Shown: one piece after another, positions 1 through 8,129 of the stretch
Position numbering within the stretch: the stretch's first letter is position 1
Layout of the letters: every line of letters begins with the position of its first letter
From: Promethearchaeota archaeon
GTDB taxonomy: Archaea; Asgardarchaeota; Lokiarchaeia; Sigyniarchaeales; SOKP01
Direction of reading: 5' to 3'
Assembly: GCA_048938025.1 (NCBI GenBank)
Contig: JBHLMP010000043.1
Location: 1 to 32,388, forward strand
DNA length: 32,388 nt
Position numbers and translations under genes: made by a program
The notes under the pieces: model-generated
The model's input: the letters and a program-made list of their open reading frames with translations, nothing else
Database searches by the model: none
Told to the model about the DNA's origin: nothing

Positions 1-74
1 CCCAAAATAGCCTCAATTAAAGTTATTACACCGCCAAGTCCAGCTAAAAGTCTCATTAATTCCTCATTTCTCAT
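1..74 (-). CDS. 5' end of a small hydrophobic (probably membrane) protein, running off the window edge
   Basis: Manual translation from ATG at 74: MRNEELMRLLAGLGGVITLIEAILG..., open to the edge, with a hydrophobic Gly-rich helix. Not in the ORF track. Confidence 0.5.
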   Translation of the reverse strand, partial: MRNEELMRLLAGLGGVITLIEAIL

Positions 75-161
75 TATTATTACCGTGATTGTTATTATTT
101 ATTTTTAATTTAATTTTTGAAGCATATTAATTTTTTTTATTTTTCCCATGAATAAATCCAA

Positions 162-190
162 GAAAGAGATCGGGACTCCCGATCTCTTTC
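162..190. repeat. Perfect 14-bp inverted repeat (possible terminator/stabilising hairpin or operator)
   Basis: GAAAGAGATCGGGA-C-TCCCGATCTCTTTC, located between the fwdA stop and the next minus-strand gene. The repeat is certain; its function is not. Confidence 0.75.
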
Positions 191-318
191 AATTTTCTGA
201 TTAAAAGATATATAAATAATTTAGAAGTGAGAAAAGTGAAGAAGGGACCTGTTTGTTATATTAATTTTGCTATAAAGTACTCTAAATATAAAAAGAGAAA
301 TTTATTTTTGAAATTTGG

Positions 319-2046
319 CTATAGTTTTCCGTTAATTACTATTTCTTTCGGCGCATATTCATCTTGTACGGTATAATTGTTAAAATTGATGCTGTAATGA
401 TCTCGCCAATGAAGTTTAACTTCTTCTAACATTGCGTTATAAATGCTTTCTTTAATCTTTCCTTCAGCACGAATTAAGCTACCCATAGGAGTAGCTACTA
501 TTTCACCGTCTTTCACAACGATCTGTCCATCTTTTATAGTATACATTGCTGATGAAAATGCCTTTTCAACATCATATCCCGTATATTTTTCCGGATTTAA
601 ATTGTATATGGCCACATCACCAATTGCACCATTACCTAAATGCCCTCTGTCCGTAAGACCTAATATTTTAGCATTCCCACTACGGGTAACTATGCATAAC
701 TCATTTAATGTATATTCCCTGTCTATATCTGGTAGTATTGTTGCTGTACTAGCCTTTTGTGAAATATTTTCTAACATCTCCTTCCGTGCCTTGCGATCCA
801 CCAACCATTTAAATACTTGTGGATAAGTTGTGAAAGGAGCACCGTTAGGATGGTCTGTTGTTATTGCTATCTGATATGGATTTTTAACTAAAAGCAATAA
901 TTCAAGGCCTATAGCCCATTGTACAGCATTAACTCCAACTTTTGGAGAAAAGAAATATGGGACAATTCCTGATCCTGATTCTCCTTCAACCTGTCCATTT
1001 ATCCACTTAACTCCTGGTTTATTCCCCCATGCACTCGTGCCTCCCAGATGATGTAGCGCGAATTCCCAAGGTCCGTCTCCAGTCATGGTAGTTGTAGCAT
1101 ACTTAGTGAAAACAACTTGACCTGCATCAATTGTTATATGCTTATTTGAGTTTATATATTCAGCTATTTGAGACGCACCTGATTCAAAATCTCTCCAGCT
1201 TGTCCCAGCATAGGCATTAAATTGAACATGAGTACAATGAAAGGTAGTTTTTCTTCCAACTAAACTTTTAGGTTTAATATTTTTTGTGATTTCAAATGTT
1301 TCAAGTGAGTGTTTATAATTTCCTGGATGTCCTAGATTATTACAATGAACATGAATCGAATGGGGTAATTCAAGCATTTCATTCGCTTTTGTTAAACTTT
1401 CAACAATCATTCTTGGTGTTACATCCCAATGTACCACTGGTGTGTCTAAATCTTCACAATTGCGACCCCAAGCCCAATTTTCTACCCCACCTGGGTTTAC
1501 TAATTTAATTGCATAACCTTTTGTAGCTTTGAGTATCCAGTTAACATAAGCGGCTAATTTCTCTATGTCCCCATTTTTAACATACTCCAATACAAACCAA
1601 TTGTTCCCAAAAAGAGGAAAAGCCAATTTATCTATAATAGGGGTTTCTAAAAATTCTTCATGAGTATGGCGGGCTTCGAGTAAGGGCATTGCAGGTTCTG
1701 CTACAGTGGTAAATCCTAATTGAGCATATCTATAACCAGTAAGCCATGTGGAAGGAACAGAGAACCCTGTACCACTTCGAGTTAATTTGGTCTTCTTCAT
1801 TGTTGCTTCGAAATGCTTATCTTCAGGACGTAATGATCGACCTGCATTAACCTTCGCACCGGCAATGTGAGAATGAAGATCAACTCCACCCGGCATAACA
1901 ATCATACCGGAAGCATCAATAACTTTAGCATCACTGTTAACTTTATCGACAATAACACCATCTTTAATATGGATATCTTTCTTCTCACCATCAATACCAT
2001 TTGAAGGATCATAAACTAATCCATTTTTAATTATTAAATTACTCAT
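319..2046 (-). CDS. fwdA: Formylmethanofuran dehydrogenase subunit A (amidohydrolase fold)
   Basis: GGVDLHSHIAG metal motif, AIKLVNPGGVE (carboxylated Lys), SIHVHCNNLGHPGN, THVQF, TTDHPNGAPF; 575 aa. Confidence 0.96.
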   Translation of the reverse strand: MSNLIIKNGLVYDPSNGIDGEKKDIHIKDGVIVDKVNSDAKVIDASGMIVMPGGVDLHSHIAGAKVNAGRSLRPEDKHFEATMKKTKLTRSGTGFSVPSTWLTGYRYAQLGFTTVAEPAMPLLEARHTHEEFLETPIIDKLAFPLFGNNWFVLEYVKNGDIEKLAAYVNWILKATKGYAIKLVNPGGVENWAWGRNCEDLDTPVVHWDVTPRMIVESLTKANEMLELPHSIHVHCNNLGHPGNYKHSLETFEITKNIKPKSLVGRKTTFHCTHVQFNAYAGTSWRDFESGASQIAEYINSNKHITIDAGQVVFTKYATTTMTGDGPWEFALHHLGGTSAWGNKPGVKWINGQVEGESGSGIVPYFFSPKVGVNAVQWAIGLELLLLVKNPYQIAITTDHPNGAPFTTYPQVFKWLVDRKARKEMLENISQKASTATILPDIDREYTLNELCIVTRSGNAKILGLTDRGHLGNGAIGDVAIYNLNPEKYTGYDVEKAFSSAMYTIKDGQIVVKDGEIVATPMGSLIRAEGKIKESIYNAMLEEVKLHWRDHYSINFNNYTVQDEYAPKEIVINGKL

Positions 2047-2249
2047 CGTAAATTTCCTTAACTATAGTGTTAGTTTAATAAATCTAAAATTAACATTTAA
2101 TTTTGAAATAGTTCTGATACTTTTAAAAATCTATTATTTTTATAAAGATTTATTATTAATTTATATAAGGGAATTTGTTTATTCATTTTAAAACATTATT
2201 TTAATAAAAAATTAATTAAATTTTTTAGAATAAAATCTAAGGGAATATC

Positions 2250-3098
2250 ATGGACGTAAAAGAATTATATCGGAAACTCGATGAGGATTTTGAACTTGAA
2301 CTATGTAAAGATGATTGGTCTAGAATGGATTATAATGAATATATCAGTGAGAACTTTAAAAATAGATATATGGGGGTTCTTTTAGATAATTCAATAAATA
2401 TTAAGAGTGTTTATACTGCTGTTTTCCCTTCTGATCTGGTTTTAGATAAAATATTGAAATCTGGTAAAAAAAACGTGCTTCTAGTTACCCATCACCCAAT
2501 GGTTTGGGATATTAGAAAAGCACCTCAAATTTTTACTGATATTAATCCTAGGTTTCTTCCAATACTCAAAGAAAGGCAAATTTCGATTTATACTATTCAT
2601 GTACCTTTGGATAAAAACAGTAAATATTCAACAACTATGAATTTAGCTAAAGTATTGGAAATTGTTCCAGAAGGAGAGTTCTATGAATATTTTGGAGTAA
2701 AAGTAGGTTTATACGGGAAAACAGAGCTAAGTACGATTGAAAAATTAGCTGAAAAGTTCAGATCTGTTGTTGGACATAAGATAAAATTGTGGAAATATGG
2801 ATATAATGAGATTAAAGGCAATAATGTGGCATTGGTCGCGGGAGGAGGCAATGAAATTGATATAATTCAAGAAATATTAGATTTAGGAATTAATACTTAC
2901 ATAACGGGTGTTACTCTCCTAAACGATTATTCAAAGCCAACTCATGATTTTGAAAAAAATCATAAAATAAATCTAATTGGCGGGACGCACTATTCAACAG
3001 AGAAATTTGCTTGTATTGCTTTATGCGATTACTTTAAAAATATTAATCTCCCTTGCGAATTCATAGAAGATTTTCCTGTTTTGGAGGATTTAGAGTAA
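2250..3098 (+). CDS. Nif3-like (NIF3/YbgI, DUF34) dinuclear metal-centre protein
   Basis: LLVTHHP, YTIHVPLD, VAGGG, YITG and GTHYSTE motifs. Confidence 0.88.
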   Translation: MDVKELYRKLDEDFELELCKDDWSRMDYNEYISENFKNRYMGVLLDNSINIKSVYTAVFPSDLVLDKILKSGKKNVLLVTHHPMVWDIRKAPQIFTDINPRFLPILKERQISIYTIHVPLDKNSKYSTTMNLAKVLEIVPEGEFYEYFGVKVGLYGKTELSTIEKLAEKFRSVVGHKIKLWKYGYNEIKGNNVALVAGGGNEIDIIQEILDLGINTYITGVTLLNDYSKPTHDFEKNHKINLIGGTHYSTEKFACIALCDYFKNINLPCEFIEDFPVLEDLE

Positions 3099-3231
3099 AA
3101 ATAAATGATTAAACAAAAATATTAATAAAATATGATTTCTGCTTTAGTTTTATACATAAATTAGTATAATTTTAAATATAAAAATCAATAATTATAAAAA
3201 AAAATCACAAATTAAATGAAGGTGTTATTAT

Positions 3232-3747
3232 ATGTACGTAGGAAAAACTTTAAGTATAATAGCTGGAATATTAACTCTTATCGCTACTTTTATATTTTCT
3301 TGGGTTGCAATTGATTCAGGAGGAGTAGTTTATTATGCTAATGGTTTTGGGATAATTAAGAATTTGCCTAGTATGTTTACTGATACAGAAAATTTAGAAG
3401 CCATATTAGATATACCTGCCTTCGCATTTTTTATTATCGCGGGAGTATTTATTGTATTCTTAGCCGCAGGTGTTTTACAAATATTAGGGGTATATCATCG
3501 TGCACCTGTAATAATCGGAACACTAGTTATACTTCTTGTAAGTATTTTACTCTTTTTGGGCAGTACTGATGTAATTAATAAAGAAAATTGGATAGTTAAT
3601 GTTTTAGGTACAGATGAACCTTTAATAGAAGATATTATTCCATTTAAGTTATTTGATGTCAATCAACTCGATTTAGGAATGTTTCTATTATATGCGGGTG
3701 GAATTGTAGGACTTGTTGCTTCTATATATGGTCCTTCAGAGTTTTAA
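3232..3747 (+). CDS. Hypothetical membrane protein (about 4 TM helices)
   Basis: Several long hydrophobic segments in 171 aa; GAAGGTG upstream of the start. Confidence 0.75.
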   Translation: MYVGKTLSIIAGILTLIATFIFSWVAIDSGGVVYYANGFGIIKNLPSMFTDTENLEAILDIPAFAFFIIAGVFIVFLAAGVLQILGVYHRAPVIIGTLVILLVSILLFLGSTDVINKENWIVNVLGTDEPLIEDIIPFKLFDVNQLDLGMFLLYAGGIVGLVASIYGPSEF

Positions 3748-3795
3748 TTTTATACTTTTCATCTATTTTTTTTATAAATTAGGATACTATTTGTT

Positions 3796-4464
3796 TTAGG
3801 ACAACTCCATTAATTTTTTAATATCTTTTTGTTTATTGATGTTTATAAAAGAAAGCAATTTTCTATCAAGAGGTTTAATTGATTGTTCTATTGATACAAA
3901 ATTGATTCTCCATCTCTTATCTAAAAGATTGGTTAATTTGTATGCTTTTTTTTTTAAATTTTCTTCAGCCATTAGGCACGCTTTTTTTATAGGATATATT
4001 GCGAATAAAGGTTCTAAGAAACCGTTATCCCATTGAGGAATGCAACAATCAGATTCTTTAGATTCTTTTATTAAAAATTTAACCACTTCATTTTTAATTA
4101 GAGGAATATCGCATGACAATACAAATACCTTCTTATATCCTAGTAAATTTAATTCTTTAAATGCAGAATATAATCCTAACATAGGAGTATGAATCCCTTG
4201 ATCTGAAAGAATTTCTTGATCGTCAATAATAAATGCTGTTATTAATTCATAATTAATTTTTTCAATATATTTAGCAACTTGTTGTTTAGAATTAGCAATT
4301 AAAAAAATATTATAATCTAATTGATTTAATGTATCAAGTTGGTAAGATACTAAGGGTTTTTCTTTAAATTCAAAAAGACCCTTATCGCTTCCAAAACGGA
4401 TACTTTGTCCTCCAATTAATATAATTATAGCAAGATACTTTTTGTTATTTTTTATTTTTACCAC
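3796..4464 (-). CDS. mobA: Molybdenum cofactor guanylyltransferase
   Basis: ILIGGQSIRFGSDKG, PMLGLYSA, LSCDIPLI, EPLFAIY, SFININ; GTG start. Confidence 0.9.
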   Translation of the reverse strand: MVKIKNNKKYLAIIILIGGQSIRFGSDKGLFEFKEKPLVSYQLDTLNQLDYNIFLIANSKQQVAKYIEKINYELITAFIIDDQEILSDQGIHTPMLGLYSAFKELNLLGYKKVFVLSCDIPLIKNEVVKFLIKESKESDCCIPQWDNGFLEPLFAIYPIKKACLMAEENLKKKAYKLTNLLDKRWRINFVSIEQSIKPLDRKLLSFININKQKDIKKLMELS

Positions 4465-4571
4465 TTTTTAGTGGAAAATATTAATAATCTATTAAACCAA
4501 TAATTAAAAGTTATATATGATTTAAATTAATTGAAGATAATAAAATTGCCTTTCTTATCCTAATAATTATC

Positions 4572-6095
4572 ATGCCCATTAGAAAAAAGAATTATAAAAA
4601 GAGGCATAGCCTTCGAGAAAATTGTGCAATTTTCGGGGTTACATGTGATGATGTTGCATTTTCGGTGTCTAAACTTTTATATCAGGGATTAATAGCTTTA
4701 CAACATAGAGGTCAAGAATCTGCAGGCATTTCTGTATTAGAAACTGGTGGAAATATTCATACTTATAAGAAAAATGGTTTAGTATCAAGAGTTATTAATA
4801 ATCAAGTATTATCTCAATACTGGGGAAATGTAGGGATTGGTCATAATAGATATGCTACTACAGGAGCTACAGGATATAAATCAACTGATTATATACAACC
4901 ATTTCATTTTAAGAACAATGAAATCGAATTCTCTATGGCTTTTAATGGTACTATTGCTAATTTTTCTGAAATTAAAGAAAGCATGGATGAGATGGGACGT
5001 GTTTTTATAACCGATACCGATACAGAGGTACTTGCACAATTAATTGGCTCTATTGCATTAGGAACAGAAGATTGGCCAGAAGTTTTGAAGGTAGCTAGTA
5101 AATTATTAGATGGTTCATACTCATTAATTCTTATGACAGATCAGGGTGATATCTATGCAATGAGAGATCCACTTGGATTTAAACCTCTTTGTATTGGGGA
5201 ATTAAAGAATTCTAGAAGAAATCTCTATTTTGTAGCTTCCGAGTCTTGTGCAATAGATGTTGTAGGTGGAAGACTTATAAGAGATGTTGAAGCTGGTGAA
5301 ATTGTCCATTTAAGTCATCAAAAAGATATTCATTCCGAAATAGTTTTAAAGTCAAAAAGAACCGCTCTTTGTCAATTTGAGTTTGTTTATTTTGCCCGAC
5401 CAGATTCTATAATTGATGGAGTTTCAGTAGCAGAAGCGAGATTAAGATTGGGAATGAATTTAGCTAAAAAAGATCCAATATTAAAAATTCCTGAAATAAG
5501 AAATAATGCAATAGTTGTTCCAGTACCAGATTCTGGTAGAAGTGTTGCCGTAGGCTATGTTAAAGAATCAGGTTTGCCCTATGTTGAAGGATTAATGAAA
5601 AATAGATATGTTCATAGGACTTTTATAATGCCAGGGAAAGCAAAACGTAAAATAGCTGTCAAAGAGAAACTAAATCCTATTAAAAGTGTTGTTGAAGGTA
5701 AAGATATTATTCTTTTGGATGATTCTATTGTTAGAGGAACTACAACTCAACAAATTGTTTCACTATTAAGGGATAAAGGGGGAGCTAAACGAGTGCACTT
5801 GAGAATAAGTTGCCCACCGATTATAAGTCCATGCTATATGGGGATAGATTTTCCAACTAAAGAAGAATTAATTGCTGGAAGATTCCAAAAATTATATAAT
5901 AAGGATTATATTGAAGAAATTAGAAAAAAAATAGGTGCTGATACGTTAATTTATCAAAAAGTCGATGATTTGATAGACGCTATTGGAAAAAGTGAATCTC
6001 AACTATGTTTAGCATGTTTAACAGGAAATTACCCTTTAAAATCTGTTAGAAAGTTGGCAGAAATGGAAGAATCAATTGTAGCAAGTAGAAAATAA
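4572..6095 (+). CDS. purF: Amidophosphoribosyltransferase, propeptide/[4Fe-4S] type
   Basis: Propeptide followed by ENC-AIFG (nucleophilic Cys18), LQHRGQESAG, GHNRYAT, PVPDSG, LLDDSIVRGTT, SCPP, CLAC. Confidence 0.96.
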   Translation: MPIRKKNYKKRHSLRENCAIFGVTCDDVAFSVSKLLYQGLIALQHRGQESAGISVLETGGNIHTYKKNGLVSRVINNQVLSQYWGNVGIGHNRYATTGATGYKSTDYIQPFHFKNNEIEFSMAFNGTIANFSEIKESMDEMGRVFITDTDTEVLAQLIGSIALGTEDWPEVLKVASKLLDGSYSLILMTDQGDIYAMRDPLGFKPLCIGELKNSRRNLYFVASESCAIDVVGGRLIRDVEAGEIVHLSHQKDIHSEIVLKSKRTALCQFEFVYFARPDSIIDGVSVAEARLRLGMNLAKKDPILKIPEIRNNAIVVPVPDSGRSVAVGYVKESGLPYVEGLMKNRYVHRTFIMPGKAKRKIAVKEKLNPIKSVVEGKDIILLDDSIVRGTTTQQIVSLLRDKGGAKRVHLRISCPPIISPCYMGIDFPTKEELIAGRFQKLYNKDYIEEIRKKIGADTLIYQKVDDLIDAIGKSESQLCLACLTGNYPLKSVRKLAEMEESIVASRK

Positions 6096-6105
6096 TTTTT
6101 GAAGA

Positions 6106-7503
6106 TTATTCTACACCATCCCAACAATAGGTGCATAGTTTTTCTTTTGGCAACCCAATTGCTTTAACTAAATCTTCAAGTCTTTGGTACTGTAATGTCG
6201 TTAATCCCAGCCTTTTACGGATAACTTCGATCATGGCTCTATATTTATCAGAATCTGGATTAGTATACTCTTTAGGATTATCAATATTTCTACCAATAAG
6301 TTCTTTTATAGCCCATCTTCCTGCTAAATCTAATTCAGATCGAGATCGTGAAAAATTAAGAAATTTACAACTATAAACAAGTGGTGGACAAGCAGGCCTC
6401 ATATGTACCTCCTTAGCACCCGATTCATATAATCTTTGAATAGTTTTTTTTAATTGCGTTCCTCTTACAATAGAATCTTCACAAAAAAGTAATCGCTTAT
6501 CGTTTATTAATTCCTTAATAGGGATTAGTTTCATTTTAGCGACCTGGTCCCTAATATTTTGATCTTGAGGCATAAAACTCCGAGGCCATGTTGGAGTGTA
6601 TTTTACAAATGGTCTTGAGAAGGGAATTTTGGCTTCACTTGCATAACCTAAAGCGTGCCCTGTTCCAGAATCTGGTATGCCTGCTACGAGATCTATTAGC
6701 ACATCATCATTTTTTGCTAAATATGATCCGCATTTATAACGTACTACTTCTACATTTATGCCTTCATAATTAGATGCTGGATATCCATAATATACCCATA
6801 AGAAACCACAAATTTGTAGCTTGTTCCCAGGTGCGATTTTCTGTTCAAGACCATTCTCATTTATAAAAATTACTTCTCCTGGTCCAAGATAGTTTGTTAT
6901 ACTATAACCTAGATTAGGGAAAGCACAAGTTTCCATAGTAATGGCATAAGATCCAGGTTTTTCTCCTATAATGATAGGTGTCCTACCAAATTTATCCCGA
7001 GCAACATAGACTCCTTCATTTGTTAATATAAGCATTGAACAAGAACCATCAATCATGCGTTGAGCATTTTGAATTCCCTGTTCAAAGGTACTACCTTGGC
7101 TAATGATAGTTGCTACCATTTCTGTGGGATTTATCTCCCCGCCATGCATTTCTGAGAAATGAGATCCGTTCTTTAATGCTTCTCTTGCTAAATCTTCCAA
7201 ATTGTTAATTTTTCCGACGGTACAAATAGCAAACACACCTAAATGTGAATTTATTATCAAAGGTTGATCATCATAATCACTTATTACGCCGATACCTTTA
7301 TTCCCGTGCATCTTCCTAATATCTTTTTCAAATTTCGATCGAAATTGAGATGTGGTAATATCTTTAATGAACCTTTGAAAACCACCTGCATTCTTTACTG
7401 CTAAACCGCCTCTCCTGGTTCCTAAATGTGAATGATAATCTGTCCCGTAAAAAAGATCTTCTAAACAATCAGTATTTGAAAAAACTCCGAAAAGACCTCC
7501 CAT
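6106..7503 (-). CDS. purF: Amidophosphoribosyltransferase paralogue lacking the N-terminal catalytic Cys (MGGxFG type)
   Basis: PRTase half is intact (GIPDSG, CEDSIVRGTQL, RPACPP, CTYC). The glutaminase half is divergent (MGGLFG; YHSHLGTRRGG in place of LQHRGQES). Confidence 0.88.
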   Translation of the reverse strand: MGGLFGVFSNTDCLEDLFYGTDYHSHLGTRRGGLAVKNAGGFQRFIKDITTSQFRSKFEKDIRKMHGNKGIGVISDYDDQPLIINSHLGVFAICTVGKINNLEDLAREALKNGSHFSEMHGGEINPTEMVATIISQGSTFEQGIQNAQRMIDGSCSMLILTNEGVYVARDKFGRTPIIIGEKPGSYAITMETCAFPNLGYSITNYLGPGEVIFINENGLEQKIAPGNKLQICGFLWVYYGYPASNYEGINVEVVRYKCGSYLAKNDDVLIDLVAGIPDSGTGHALGYASEAKIPFSRPFVKYTPTWPRSFMPQDQNIRDQVAKMKLIPIKELINDKRLLFCEDSIVRGTQLKKTIQRLYESGAKEVHMRPACPPLVYSCKFLNFSRSRSELDLAGRWAIKELIGRNIDNPKEYTNPDSDKYRAMIEVIRKRLGLTTLQYQRLEDLVKAIGLPKEKLCTYCWDGVE

Positions 7504-7683
7504 AAAAATCCACTGTATTTTTAATTTGAATTAAAATTTTTAAATAAAACTATTAATCCAATATGATTTTAAAAAGCTATAAGGTAAAAAAAGTGAACAA
7601 AAAATTATTTAGGATGGGATTATTGCAACCAGTATTTCTTATAGACTTCGGGCTCTGTAGCTATAAATGCATATAATCTTCAA

Positions 7684-8064
7684 TTATAACTTTCCATTCA
7701 ATCTCATTGCAAAATTTTTGAGAAAAAGTAAGGCTTTGGGTGGATTTGCTTGAGGCATGGCATATGATACAAGCACACCTCCTTGAAAAGGAACGATTAT
7801 TATATGCCCCATCCCACTATCGTTAGTCCCAATAATTCCTTCAGGAGTATTTTCAACAACTGAATATTTTACATTGCTTAAAACAAATGAACGATCTTCT
7901 TTATTGGCATTTAATATAAAATTCGTTTGATTGGTTAGATCCCAATTTTCTGTCTGGAAAACTATTTTACCAGAATCAGACACAACTGCGACTGCAGCTA
8001 TTTTTATGCTAGTTTCTAGGGCTGCAATCCCCAGGTCATCAATTATGTTTTTAATTTCATCCAT
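7684..8064 (-). CDS. Asgard (Loki-type) profilin
   Basis: 126 aa with GKIVFQTENWDL, VKYSVVENT, IGTNxxGxGHIIIVP and a C-terminal helix, matching the pattern of characterised Loki profilins as I recall them. Confidence 0.85.
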   Translation of the reverse strand: MDEIKNIIDDLGIAALETSIKIAAVAVVSDSGKIVFQTENWDLTNQTNFILNANKEDRSFVLSNVKYSVVENTPEGIIGTNDSGMGHIIIVPFQGGVLVSYAMPQANPPKALLFLKNFAMRLNGKL

Positions 8065-8129
8065 ATTAAATGTTTATATGGTTTTTTGTTTTTAATAATT
8101 TTTACTTTTGATAAAAATAATAGATATAA

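Noticed and set aside
443-6773. Short ORFs 443-826, 1296-1508, 3836-4036, 6131-6376, 6588-6773
   Set aside because: Antisense shadows fully inside well-supported genes (fwdA, mobA, purF paralogue), with no motifs.
7560-7683. Known purine, ZTP or PRPP riboswitch upstream of the second purF
   Set aside because: I could not find the conserved cores of these families on the coding strand; kept only as a low-interest unexplained element.
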